A stretch of 64,000 nt of DNA from Chloroflexota bacterium (GCA_005883615.1 VBEC01000022.1:433-64432); one strand, 5' to 3'; counted from the stretch's first letter, positions 10,710 through 20,344 are shown. A program made the numbers and translations. Notes: a model not told the origin generated them from the letters alone.

Positions 10710-11551
10710 TGAACCGGGGCCGGCGCTCGACGCGCATCGCGACCTACCTCCTGCTTCTTGGCATCGGCCTGATCTTCGCGTTTCCGCTCTATTACCTGAT
10801 CGTCACGTCGTTCAAGACCAAGTCCGAGCTGTTCGCAGCCGTACCGTCGCTCGTCCCGCAGGCGCTCAACCCAGCCGCCTACGAATCGGTCCTCTTTACG
10901 CGGGGATACACAGGCCTGCTCTTCAACAGCATCGTCGTAGGGCTGAGCGCGACGATCCTCGCCATCGCGGTCGCCTTCGCGATCTGTTATCCGATCACCC
11001 GACTGCCGGCGTCCAGGCGGCTGCGCGCTTTCGTCCTCAACTGGGCGTTGTCGCTGCGCTTCCTGCCGCCCATCGCGGTGGTGATCCCGTACTTCACGAT
11101 CATCCGGACGGTCGGGCTGTACAACCAGCTGCCAGCACTCATCGTGGTCTACACGATCTTCAACCTGCCCCTGGCGATCTGGATGCTGCGCGGCTTCCTG
11201 GACGAGATCCCCCTCGAGATCGAGCAGGCGGCCCTGGTTGACGGGGCGAGCCGATGGCAGGCCTTCCGCCACGTGCTGTTGCCGCTCTCCCGCACGGCGA
11301 TCCTGGCCGTGGTGATCATCGTCTTCGCGTTCGACTGGGCCGAATTCCTGTTCGCCTTCATCCTGACGGCGACGCCCCAGGCGCAGACCTTCCCGGTAGG
11401 TGTCCAGGGCCTGGTCACCCAGTTCGAGATCATCTGGAACGAGATGGCCGCCGGGGGCGTGATCGCAATCGTGATCCCGCTCACGCTCATGCTGATCGCG
11501 CGGCGGCACGTCATGACCGGCTTGACGTTCGGGGTCATCCGCGAGAAATGA
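10709..11551 (+). CDS. Sugar ABC transporter permease
   Basis: TGATG coupling, EQAALVDGA loop. Confidence 0.92.
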   Translation: MNRGRRSTRIATYLLLLGIGLIFAFPLYYLIVTSFKTKSELFAAVPSLVPQALNPAAYESVLFTRGYTGLLFNSIVVGLSATILAIAVAFAICYPITRLPASRRLRAFVLNWALSLRFLPPIAVVIPYFTIIRTVGLYNQLPALIVVYTIFNLPLAIWMLRGFLDEIPLEIEQAALVDGASRWQAFRHVLLPLSRTAILAVVIIVFAFDWAEFLFAFILTATPQAQTFPVGVQGLVTQFEIIWNEMAAGGVIAIVIPLTLMLIARRHVMTGLTFGVIREK

Positions 11552-12393
11552 GTGCGTCGGGCGGCGATCCGAACGGGGGTCCGCGGGTCTTCCTGAACGG
11601 GGCCACGATCATGACGACCCCGACCGCCGAGCACATCCGCGTTGCTCGAGAGGCCGGCTTCGACGGGGTGGAGGTCCGGGCCGAGCGCCTGCTAGACCGG
11701 CCCGAAGAGGTCGCGGCCGCCAGTCCGATTGTCCAGCCCCGCGAAGTCTGGAGCCTCAACGGGCTCCAGCTGCAGGTGGGTCCCGACGGCCGCCTCGATG
11801 GCGAACGGGCGGAGCGCGAGCTCTCGCCGCGCCTTGCCATTTCGGGGGTGCTCGGCGCCGAGTACCTGCTGGTCGTGCCACCGCGACAGGCAGGAGTCGA
11901 TCGTGGACGGGCGATCGAAGCCATGCGTGAGGGGCTCGCCCTGGTGCGTGATCGAGCGGCGGCGGTTGGAGTCGGCGTCGCTTTCGAATTCCTCGGATTC
12001 GCGGACTGCCCGATCGACAGCCCGGCGCTGGCCGCCGAGGTCGTCGGTCCGATGGACGGCGTTGACCTCGTCCTCGATTCGTGTCACTGGCACGCCAGCG
12101 GCTCCGCATCCCTGGCGGACTTCCCGGTCGATCGGCTGGCGATGGTCCATCTCAACGATGCGCCGGGTAAGCCCCCTCGCGAGATCGAGGACGCCGATCG
12201 CGTCCTGCCCGGGAATGGTGTCATCCGCCTCGCTGACCTGGTGGCGCAGCTCACGGCTCGGGGTTACGGGGGACCGTGGAGCCTCGAGACCTTCAATCCG
12301 ACCTACTGGGCCGCGGACCCCCGACGGATCGCGAGCGAGGGCCGCCGACGCGTGGGCGCGCTGCTTGGGGAGCCGTCGAAGGTGGCTGGTTGA
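11548..12393 (+). CDS. iolI: Sugar phosphate isomerase/epimerase, IolI-like (inosose isomerase)
   Basis: AFEFLGF, LDSCHW, HLND, DADRVLPG.G, SLETFN. Confidence 0.75.
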   Translation: MSASGGDPNGGPRVFLNGATIMTTPTAEHIRVAREAGFDGVEVRAERLLDRPEEVAAASPIVQPREVWSLNGLQLQVGPDGRLDGERAERELSPRLAISGVLGAEYLLVVPPRQAGVDRGRAIEAMREGLALVRDRAAAVGVGVAFEFLGFADCPIDSPALAAEVVGPMDGVDLVLDSCHWHASGSASLADFPVDRLAMVHLNDAPGKPPREIEDADRVLPGNGVIRLADLVAQLTARGYGGPWSLETFNPTYWAADPRRIASEGRRRVGALLGEPSKVAG

Positions 12394-13457
12394 TGCACAA
12401 CTTGGAGGTCGGGCGCTCGGCGACGATCAGCGACGTCGCTCGACGAGCCGGCGTGTCGACCGCGACGGTCAGTCGCGTGATCTCGGGCTCAACGACGGTC
12501 CGCGCGACGACGCGGGCGGGCGTCCTCGCAGCGGTCGAGGCTTTGGGCTATCGGCCCTCCGGCGTGGCCCGGTCGCTCAAGCTCCGAACGACGCATACGC
12601 TCGGCCTCGTGGTCACGGACATCGCCAACCCGTACTTCCCCCAGATCGTGCGTGCGGTCGAGGACGCCGCGCTGGAGCGCGGCCATACGGTCCTGTTGTG
12701 CGATAGCGCGGACGACCCGTCGCGAGAGGAGACCTACCTCGACCTGCTCATCGACCGCCGCGTGGACGGGATCGTGATCGCCTCGAGCGGGCTCCAGGCC
12801 CGCCATGGCGACTGGTTGGCCACCCGGACGGTGCCGGTCGTGCTGGTCAACTGCACGGCACGCGGCGCCGCCTTGCCGGCGATCCTGAGCGACAACCGGG
12901 CCGGCGGCCGCCTGGCAGCCGAACACGTGCTGGACCTCGGCCATCGCCGGATCGGGCATATTTCGGCACCACCGCGCAACGCCGCCGCTGGAGATCGCGT
13001 GGCCGGGATCCAGGATGCGGTGGATTCGGGGCGCTACCCCGGCGTCGAGCTGACGGTCGTCGAAGGCGACGGCCAGGCGGAGGGCGCGGAGGCCGCGACC
13101 CTCGCGCTTCTCGAGCGTGCGCCGGGAGTCACGGCCATCCTGTGCTACAACGACCTGACGGCCGTCGGGGCGTTGCGGACGCTGCGTGGCCTGGGCCGCC
13201 GAGTTCCCGAGGACGTCAGCGTCGTCGGCTACGACGACATTCCCCTGGCTGCGTGGATGGAGCCGCCCATCACGTCGGTCGCGCAGCAGACCTCTGCGAT
13301 GGGCCGCTGGGCGGTCGAGCGGCTGCTGGAGCGCATGGCCGGCGAAGATGAGCCGGGGTCGGACCGTCGGCAGCTGGGAGAGCGCTCCGAGAACGTGGTG
13401 TTGCTTCCCGTGGAGCTGTGCGTCCGCGGATCGACCGGGCCGCCGCCATGGGCTTGA
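12393..13457 (+). CDS. LacI family transcriptional regulator
   Basis: ATISDVARRAGVSTATVSRV HTH; VPEDVSVVGYDD. Confidence 0.95.
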   Translation: MHNLEVGRSATISDVARRAGVSTATVSRVISGSTTVRATTRAGVLAAVEALGYRPSGVARSLKLRTTHTLGLVVTDIANPYFPQIVRAVEDAALERGHTVLLCDSADDPSREETYLDLLIDRRVDGIVIASSGLQARHGDWLATRTVPVVLVNCTARGAALPAILSDNRAGGRLAAEHVLDLGHRRIGHISAPPRNAAAGDRVAGIQDAVDSGRYPGVELTVVEGDGQAEGAEAATLALLERAPGVTAILCYNDLTAVGALRTLRGLGRRVPEDVSVVGYDDIPLAAWMEPPITSVAQQTSAMGRWAVERLLERMAGEDEPGSDRRQLGERSENVVLLPVELCVRGSTGPPPWA

Positions 13458-14338
13458 CAGGCGTCGGGGCGAGCCCCGAAGCAGCGCTGGGCTCGCGGGA
13501 CCACTTGAGTTTGCTTCGCCGCGCGGCCTCAGGGAGCGCGACGCGCTCTGCGGGTGGCCAGCTCCAGCGAGTCACTCCGGCTGAGGCCGGCTGGCGCTAT
13601 CTCTCGTTCGAGGCCCACCGCCTTACGGCGGGGGACTCCCTGCACATCAACGCCAAAGGCCAGGAAAGCCTGATCATCGTCCTCGAGGGCACGGCAACGG
13701 TCCGAGCCGGAAACCGGACGTTCAGCGACCTCGGCACACGTGACAGCGTCTTCGACGGCCCGCCGCCCGCGATGGTCCTGGTTGAGCCGGGCGGCCGGAT
13801 CGAGGTCGACGCAGGCCGTGAGGCGCTGATTGCAGTAGGCTCGGCTCCCGCCGGCGACCTGCGGACGACGCGGGCGATCGAGCCGGGCGACATCCTGGCG
13901 GAGGCCAGGGGGACCGGCAACACGGAGCGGCGAATCCACCACCTCCTGCCGTCGTCGGCCGAAGCCGGTCGCCTGATCGCCTTCGAGGTGTTCACGCCGG
14001 GCGGCAACTGGTCGAGCTATCCGCCCCACAAGCACGACACCGAAGATCCTCCACGCGAAAGCTACCTGGAGGAGCTCTATTACTACCGCCTCGCCAAGCC
14101 GACCGGGTTCGCGTTCCAACGGATCTACACGCCGGATCGGTCGCTGGACGAGGCTCTCGTCGCGCGCGACGGCGACCTTGTGCTCGTGCCGCGCGGCTAT
14201 CACGTCGTGGCGACCGCGCCGGGCTACGACTGCTACTACCTGAACGTGATGGCTGGCCCGACGCGCGAATGGCGATTTACAGTGGATCCGGACCACGTCT
14301 GGTTGATGGACTGGGATCCCGCCCGGCCTCGGAGATAG
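13448..14338 (+). CDS. iolB: 5-deoxy-glucuronate isomerase
   Basis: EVFTPGGNWSSYPPHKHD, LEELYYY, VPRGYH, YYLNVMAGP. Confidence 0.93.
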   Translation: MGLTGVGASPEAALGSRDHLSLLRRAASGSATRSAGGQLQRVTPAEAGWRYLSFEAHRLTAGDSLHINAKGQESLIIVLEGTATVRAGNRTFSDLGTRDSVFDGPPPAMVLVEPGGRIEVDAGREALIAVGSAPAGDLRTTRAIEPGDILAEARGTGNTERRIHHLLPSSAEAGRLIAFEVFTPGGNWSSYPPHKHDTEDPPRESYLEELYYYRLAKPTGFAFQRIYTPDRSLDEALVARDGDLVLVPRGYHVVATAPGYDCYYLNVMAGPTREWRFTVDPDHVWLMDWDPARPRR

Positions 14339-14340
14339 CC

Positions 14341-15429
14341 ATGACCGAAACGACCACGCTCACGCCGCTCCAGCAGACAGTGCGCCTGGGCACGGCTCTT
14401 TGGAACGATTCGAGCGCGCCAGACGAGCTCGAATATGCCATCGCAAACGGGGCGGTGGGCGCGACGTCCAACCCGCCGATCACGCTCGAGGTCCTCAAGA
14501 AGGAGCCCGAGCGCTGGAAGGCGCGCGCTCGGGAGCTGTTCGCCTCGTTTCCGACGTGGTCGGAGACGCGGATTACGTGGCAGATCTACGAGGAGATCGC
14601 GCTGCGCGGCGCGGCCATGTTGCGCCCGATCTTCGAGCGAACCGGCGGCGCGGCGGGCCGCCTGTCGATCCAGACCGACCCGACGCTCTTCCGGGACTCC
14701 GAAGCCATGCTCGAACAGGGCCTCCATTTCGCCGGCCTGGCGCCCAACCTGCAGGTCAAGTTTCCGAGCACCCGCGCGGGCGTCGAGGCGATCGAGGAGG
14801 CGACCTATCGCGGGGTGAACATCAACGCAACGGTCAACTTCAGCGTGCCGCAGGCACTGGCTGTGGCCGAAGCGATCGAGCGAGCGTTGGAGCGGCGAGC
14901 CGCCGAGGGCATGGACAACAGCATCTTCCACCCCGTCTGCACGATCATGGTCGGGCGGCTCGACGACTGGATGAAGGCGATCGCCGAGCGAGACGACATC
15001 GTGCTCACGCCGGGGACCGCCGACTGGGCGGGCGTTGCCGCATTCAAGCGTGCCTACGGCCTGTATCGCGAGCGCGGCTACCGGACCCGGCTGCTGGCAG
15101 CCGCGTATCGGAACCAGCTGCATTGGTCGCAGCTGGTGGGTGGCGACGTGGTGCTGACGATGACCCACCAGTGGCAGGTCCGCTTCAACGGGTCACGCGT
15201 CGAGGTCCGATCGAGGATCGACGAGCCGGTCGATCCGGCCATCGTCGCCGAGCTCTCGGAGCTGATCCCCGACTTCCGGCTGGCCAACGAGCCGGACGGC
15301 ATGACGCCCGAACAGTTCGATTCGTACGGCGCCACCGTCCGCACACTGCGCCAGTTCATCGGCGCTTACCACGACCTTCAGGCAACGATCCGCGACTTCG
15401 TCCTGCCGAACCCCGACAAGAAGGGCTGA
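14341..15429 (+). CDS. Transaldolase family protein (atypical active site)
   Basis: LWND, GATSNP, Schiff-base VKFP, NINAT, VGRLDD. Confidence 0.88.
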   Translation: MTETTTLTPLQQTVRLGTALWNDSSAPDELEYAIANGAVGATSNPPITLEVLKKEPERWKARARELFASFPTWSETRITWQIYEEIALRGAAMLRPIFERTGGAAGRLSIQTDPTLFRDSEAMLEQGLHFAGLAPNLQVKFPSTRAGVEAIEEATYRGVNINATVNFSVPQALAVAEAIERALERRAAEGMDNSIFHPVCTIMVGRLDDWMKAIAERDDIVLTPGTADWAGVAAFKRAYGLYRERGYRTRLLAAAYRNQLHWSQLVGGDVVLTMTHQWQVRFNGSRVEVRSRIDEPVDPAIVAELSELIPDFRLANEPDGMTPEQFDSYGATVRTLRQFIGAYHDLQATIRDFVLPNPDKKG

Positions 15430-15615
15430 CCCGTCAGGACATGCGGCGGTGGTCGAGGGGCGGCCGGAATCGTCCCGCGTCCGGTTCGTCGGTGAGGTGG
15501 ATGCGCGCGTTGGCCGAGGGCTCCGCGCCACCTGCCGAATCGGGCCTCGTCTGGTGCGACGTTGCCTGCACACGCCTGCTCGAATGGCGGCAGCGAGGGC
15601 CGGGTTAACCCTACG

Positions 15616-16227
15616 CTACGGCAGGCCGGCGACGATCGCGGCGGCCTTGTCGCGATCCGGGCTGTCGATCTCATAGAGCGTGTCGCCGACGATCATCACG
15701 TAGATCGCCTGGCTCTCCGGCGGCAGGTCCAACGCCGAGAGCACCTCCCGTCCACCAACGGTCACTCGCTGCCAGCGGTTCGAGCTGTCCGGGGAAGCCT
15801 CCAGGGCCGCCTTGGTGACGGCCGGCCAGACGGCCTTCGGGTCATCCACGCGGAAGAGGCGGAGCGTAAGCCAGGCGCCACCCATCGGCCAGGCCTCTCC
15901 GGCGATGCGAATGCGGTCGACGTGGTCGAACCCGACGGCTTCGCTGATGATCGGGTACATCCCGAAATACAGCCCCTCGTCGTCGACGGCCGCCTCCCCG
16001 TCGAAGGACTCGACGGACTGGGCCGGCACTCCGGCCAGTGTGGGCGGCAGAGCGCGTTCCATGTCGGGGAAGTCGTGGCTGAACTTGTCCGGCCCCAGGC
16101 TCGGCTGCGGCGACGGCAGAACGGAGATCGACCGGCACGAGGCCAGTACCACCAGCAGCCCGAGCCACGCCGCGGCTATGAGAGCGGAGCGCGCCGAGAC
16201 GCCCCGTCTGCGCTCGGCCCCCGGCAC
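15616..16227 (-). CDS. Hypothetical lipoprotein
   Basis: Hydrophobic signal with lipobox LASC; follows hydA. Confidence 0.65.
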   Translation of the reverse strand: MPGAERRRGVSARSALIAAAWLGLLVVLASCRSISVLPSPQPSLGPDKFSHDFPDMERALPPTLAGVPAQSVESFDGEAAVDDEGLYFGMYPIISEAVGFDHVDRIRIAGEAWPMGGAWLTLRLFRVDDPKAVWPAVTKAALEASPDSSNRWQRVTVGGREVLSALDLPPESQAIYVMIVGDTLYEIDSPDRDKAAAIVAGLP

Positions 16228-16232
16228 CGAAT

Positions 16233-17630
16233 TCAGCTCTGCCGGAGCGCGGGGCTCAAGCCGCGCTTGAGGAACTGGCCGTGGCCCTTGCGACCCGTGA
16301 ACTCCCCGTCGCGGACGATCACCGAACCGCGCGACAGGACCACGTCCGAGCCGCCCTGCACCGCTCGGCCCTCGTAGCAGGAGTAGTCGACGTTCATGTG
16401 GTGCGTCTTTGCGCTGATCGTGTGCTTCCGGCCGGGGTCGTAGACGACGAGGTCGGCATCGGAGCCGACGGCGATGGCGCCCTTCCGCGGGTACAGCCCG
16501 AACATTCGGGCCGGCGCGGTCGAGAGGACCTCGACCCAGCGCTCGCGCGTCAACCGGCCGGCGACCACGCCGCCGTCGTGCAGCAGGTCAACGCGATCCT
16601 CCACGCCGGGCAGGCCGTTGGGCACCTTCCGGAAGTCGTCCTTGCCAAGGTCTTTCTGGCCGTGGAAGTCGAACGGGCAGTGGTCGGTCGACACGACCTG
16701 GAGATCGTCCTTGCGCAGGCCGCTCCACAGTTCCTCCTGGTGGTCTTTCGGCCGAAGGGGCGGCGAGCACACGAACTTGGCACCCTCGAAGCCGTGGCCC
16801 ATGTCATCGAGCGACAGGAACAGGTACTGGGGACAGGTTTCGGCGAAGGTCATCGCGCCGCGATCGCGGGCGGCCCTGACCTCGTTCAGCGCATCGCGTG
16901 CCGATAGGTGAACGATGTACACGGGCACGCCGGCGGCCTCGGCCAGGCGGATCACCCGGTTGGTCGCCTCGCCTTCGAAGATGGGGTAGCGCACGACACC
17001 GTGGTAGTACGGATCGGTCTTGCCCGAGTCCGCGAACTGGGCCGCGACGATGTCGATCGCCAACCCGTTTTCGGCGTGCATCATGATCAGCCCGCCGTTC
17101 TTCGCGGTCTGCTGCAGCGCGCGGAAGATCGCCCCGTCGTCGCTGAAGAAGACGCCGGGGTAGGCCGTGAACAGCTTGAAGTCGGGGACACCCTCCGCGA
17201 CGAGGGTATCCATCTCCGCCAGCGTCTCGTCATTGACGTCCGACATGATCATGTGGAAGCCGTAGTCGGCGACCGCGTTGCCTTCGGCCTTGGCATGCCA
17301 GGCGTCGAGGCCCTCGCGCAGGGACTTGCCGCGCGACTGCACGGCGAAGTCGACGATCGTCGTCGTCCCGCCGAAGGCCGCCGCTCGCGTACCGGTCTCG
17401 AAGGTGTCCTTCGCGAAGGTGCCGCCGAAGGGCAATTCCATATGGGTATGCACGTCGATCGCGCCGGGAATGAGGTATTTGCCGCGGGCGTCGATGGACT
17501 CGTCGGCGGTCACCCCCGTGGCGGCCAGGTCGCGGCCGATCAGCGCGATCTGCTCGCCGTCGACCAGCACGTCCGCGCCGGACGAGCCCTCGGCCGTGAC
17601 CACGATGCCGTTGGCGATCAGGGTGCGCAT
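16233..17630 (-). CDS. hydA: Dihydropyrimidinase / D-hydantoinase
   Basis: IDVHTH, GGTTT, FKLF, MHAENG, VHLS, STDHCPF, PNGLPGVE. Confidence 0.95.
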   Translation of the reverse strand: MRTLIANGIVVTAEGSSGADVLVDGEQIALIGRDLAATGVTADESIDARGKYLIPGAIDVHTHMELPFGGTFAKDTFETGTRAAAFGGTTTIVDFAVQSRGKSLREGLDAWHAKAEGNAVADYGFHMIMSDVNDETLAEMDTLVAEGVPDFKLFTAYPGVFFSDDGAIFRALQQTAKNGGLIMMHAENGLAIDIVAAQFADSGKTDPYYHGVVRYPIFEGEATNRVIRLAEAAGVPVYIVHLSARDALNEVRAARDRGAMTFAETCPQYLFLSLDDMGHGFEGAKFVCSPPLRPKDHQEELWSGLRKDDLQVVSTDHCPFDFHGQKDLGKDDFRKVPNGLPGVEDRVDLLHDGGVVAGRLTRERWVEVLSTAPARMFGLYPRKGAIAVGSDADLVVYDPGRKHTISAKTHHMNVDYSCYEGRAVQGGSDVVLSRGSVIVRDGEFTGRKGHGQFLKRGLSPALRQS

Positions 17631-17673
17631 CACGCTCCTCTCGAGTGGGGCTGGGGCGAGGCGAGCCTTCGGG

Positions 17674-18099
17674 TCAGGATTCGGTGACTGCCCCTGGCTC
17701 CGCCTCGTGATACCAGGGAGCGTAGGACAGGCCGACGAGCAATCCCTCCGGGCCGATGAGGCGCGCGACCGTCTGACCCCACGGCTCGGTTCGGGCGCCA
17801 TGGAGCAGCCGGTAGCCCTTGCCCTCGAGCTCGGCTGCGGCGGCCGCCACGTCATCGACCTCGAACTCGATCGAGGCCTGCGGTGGGGGTACCTCGTTGG
17901 GCCATCCCGGCTGGCCGAAGCACGCCTGAGCGGCGTCCTCGAGCCGCCACAAACCGAAGTGCTTGACACCCTCGAAATCGAACGTGGCCGGATAGTCATG
18001 GTCCGAGAGAGGGATGCCCAGGGCATCGACATAGAAGCTTCGTGCCGACGCCAGGTCCGGGACGATCGGAGCGACGCCCGCGACGAAGCGGACTTTCAC
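17674..18099 (-). CDS. VOC/glyoxalase family protein
   Basis: FY..ALG, EFEVDDV, EPWGQ. Confidence 0.85.
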   Translation of the reverse strand: MKVRFVAGVAPIVPDLASARSFYVDALGIPLSDHDYPATFDFEGVKHFGLWRLEDAAQACFGQPGWPNEVPPPQASIEFEVDDVAAAAAELEGKGYRLLHGARTEPWGQTVARLIGPEGLLVGLSYAPWYHEAEPGAVTES

Positions 18100-18154
18100 G
18101 CTGGCCCTGGCCGGGTGATGTCCGGGCCGGGGGGCGACGTGGCCCGGCGAAGCG

Positions 18155-18220
18155 CTACTTCGTCGAGGTCTTGGGCTTGTTCTGCTTCGGCTTCTTGGGG
18201 GTCTTGGCCTTCTTGTCCAT
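18155..18220 (-). CDS. 21-aa Lys-rich small protein MDKKAKTPKKPKQNKPKTSTK
   Basis: GAGGAG RBS 6 nt before ATG; every sense codon ends in G or C; lies within a minus-strand operon. Confidence 0.65.
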   Translation of the reverse strand: MDKKAKTPKKPKQNKPKTSTK

Positions 18221-18317
18221 CAGTTACTCCTCGCCGTTGATGGTGGCAGGGGACAGGGTAGCGCCGATCCAGAGCGCCGGCAGAGCCGCCACGCGCCGAC
18301 AGAGCCGCGGCCCAGCC

Positions 18318-19328
18318 TCAGGCTCGCCCGGCTTCTACTTCCCGCATGGCGGGCACGATCTCCCGGCCGTAGACCTCGAGTATCCGTTCCTCGTCGCCGT
18401 TCATGAGGTAGATGTTGAACTGGTCGACGCCGGCATCGGCGAGCTCGCGCAGCTTGGCGATGTGGTCGTCGACCGAGCCCAGGACGCAGAAGCGATCGGT
18501 CACCTCGTCGCCGACGAAGCGGGCATTGGTCGAGCCGACCTCGGCGTGGTGGTGGTAGTCGTAGCCCTCGCGGTCCCCGATGTACCCGGTGAGTGCCTCG
18601 GGCAGCTGGCCGCGCGGGTACTTGGTCACCAGGTCGACGACGTGGTTGCTGACAAGCGCCGGGAACCAGCGAGTCCGTTCGCGACAGTCCGAAATTTCGC
18701 CCACGTGGGCCGGCGCAGCGGCCTGGACCTTGATCGCGCCCGGATCGCGGCCGGCGGCCCTTGCCGCCTCTCGGACCTGGCCCACGAACCAGCGTACGAG
18801 GTCCGGGTCGGCCAGTTGCAGGATCACCCCGTCCGCCACACGGCCGGTCATCGTCAGGGCCATCGGGCCATAGCCGGCAACCCACACGGGCAGCTTCCAG
18901 CGACCGCTCCACGTCAGCTGCAGCTCCGTGCCCTCGTACTTCACCGGCCTGCCCTCGACCAGGTCGCGAATGAGGTGGATCGCCTCCTCGAGGGTGGCCA
19001 TCGTGGTCGGCCCCTTGCCGAGAACGCGACGGGCGGAATCGCCGCGCCCGATACCGAGATCCATGCGCCCGCCGCTGACCTGGTTGAGCGTGGCGAGCGC
19101 GCTGGCGGTCACCGAGGGCTCGCGGGTCGCGGGGTTGGTCACGCAGGTGCCCAGGCGCAGCCGCTCGCTGGCCGTCGCCATGAGCGTCAGCAGGACGTAT
19201 GCCTCCTGCCAGAGGACGTGGGAGTCGAACAGCCACGCATACTCGAAGCCGGCAGCCTCCGCCTGGCGAGTCAGCGCGAGCGTTCGTTCGATCGTGTGGT
19301 CGGGCTTGAGCGTGAATCCAAATTTCAT
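18318..19328 (-). CDS. Mer-like LLM class, probably F420-dependent, oxidoreductase (TIGR03842-like)
   Basis: WLFDSHVLW, GTCVTNP.TR, LGIGRGDS; lies between ureidopropionase and hydA. Confidence 0.85.
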   Translation of the reverse strand: MKFGFTLKPDHTIERTLALTRQAEAAGFEYAWLFDSHVLWQEAYVLLTLMATASERLRLGTCVTNPATREPSVTASALATLNQVSGGRMDLGIGRGDSARRVLGKGPTTMATLEEAIHLIRDLVEGRPVKYEGTELQLTWSGRWKLPVWVAGYGPMALTMTGRVADGVILQLADPDLVRWFVGQVREAARAAGRDPGAIKVQAAAPAHVGEISDCRERTRWFPALVSNHVVDLVTKYPRGQLPEALTGYIGDREGYDYHHHAEVGSTNARFVGDEVTDRFCVLGSVDDHIAKLRELADAGVDQFNIYLMNGDEERILEVYGREIVPAMREVEAGRA

Positions 19329-19410
19329 GGGGGCAACTTCAGCGTTGAGCTACTGCTTGCTTTCCAAGGTCCAGGACGGAGGCCCTCCGATGCCACTGGC
19401 GCCCGAAGAC

Positions 19411-20259
19411 TCAGGGTCGGACGAGGTCGTCGTAGGCGTCCGGGCGCCGGTCGCGGTAGAACTGCCATGTCTGGCGGACTTCCTGGATCTTGTCGAGGTC
19501 CATGTCCCGCACGAGGAGCTCCTCGTCGTGGGCGGAGCCGACCTCGCCGATGAATTGCCCGCGGGGATCGCAGAAGTAGCTCTGGCCGTAGAAGTCGTCG
19601 TCGCCCAGCGGTTCGATGCCAACGCGGTTGATCGTCCCAACGAAATAGCCGTTCGCGACGGCGTGGCTGACCTGCTCGATCCGCCACAGGTATTCCGACA
19701 GCCCGCGCGAAGTGGCGCTCGGGATGAACACCATCTCGGCGCCGTTGAGGCCGAGGGCGCGAGCTCCCTCGGGAAAGTGCCGGTCGTAGCAGATGTACAC
19801 GCCGACCTTGCCGACCGCGGTTTCGAAGACGGGATAGCCCAGGTTCCCCGGGCGGAAGTAGTACTTCTCCCAGAAGCCCTTGACGTCCGGGATATGAGTC
19901 TTGCGGTACTTGCCGAGGTAGGTCCCGTCGGCATCGATCACGGCCGCGGTGTTGTAGTAGATGCCCGAGGCCTTGTCGTCCTCCTCGTACATAGGCACCA
20001 CGAGGACCATGCCCGTCTGCTTCGCCAGATCCTGCATCCGCTTGGTGGTCGGGCCGTCCGGGATGTGCTCGGTGTACGCGTAGTACTGGGGATCCTGGAC
20101 CTGGCAGAAGTAGGGCCCGTAGAAGAGCTCCTGGAAGAGCATCACCTGGGCGCCCTGCCTGGCGGCATCCTCCGCGGCCTTTTCGTGCTTCTGGATCATC
20201 GACTCCTTGTCGCCTGTCCAGGTCGCCTGTAGCAGCGCGCCCTTCACGATCCGTGGCAT
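19411..20259 (-). CDS. Carbon-nitrogen hydrolase, beta-ureidopropionase-like
   Basis: Nitrilase triad FQE / YRK.HIP / ICYDRHFPE; FWEKYYF. Confidence 0.9.
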   Translation of the reverse strand: MPRIVKGALLQATWTGDKESMIQKHEKAAEDAARQGAQVMLFQELFYGPYFCQVQDPQYYAYTEHIPDGPTTKRMQDLAKQTGMVLVVPMYEEDDKASGIYYNTAAVIDADGTYLGKYRKTHIPDVKGFWEKYYFRPGNLGYPVFETAVGKVGVYICYDRHFPEGARALGLNGAEMVFIPSATSRGLSEYLWRIEQVSHAVANGYFVGTINRVGIEPLGDDDFYGQSYFCDPRGQFIGEVGSAHDEELLVRDMDLDKIQEVRQTWQFYRDRRPDAYDDLVRP

Positions 20260-20344
20260 CGACTCGCGTCCTCCTCAGTCGCGCGATCGGGGTTTTCGGA
20301 AGGGCCGAACGATACACCGCGGGAAGCTGCCGGTCCCGGACACG

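Noticed and set aside
8358-11551. Incomplete sugar ABC transporter (no ATPase)
   Set aside because: CUT1 systems commonly share a remote MsmX/MsiK-type ATPase
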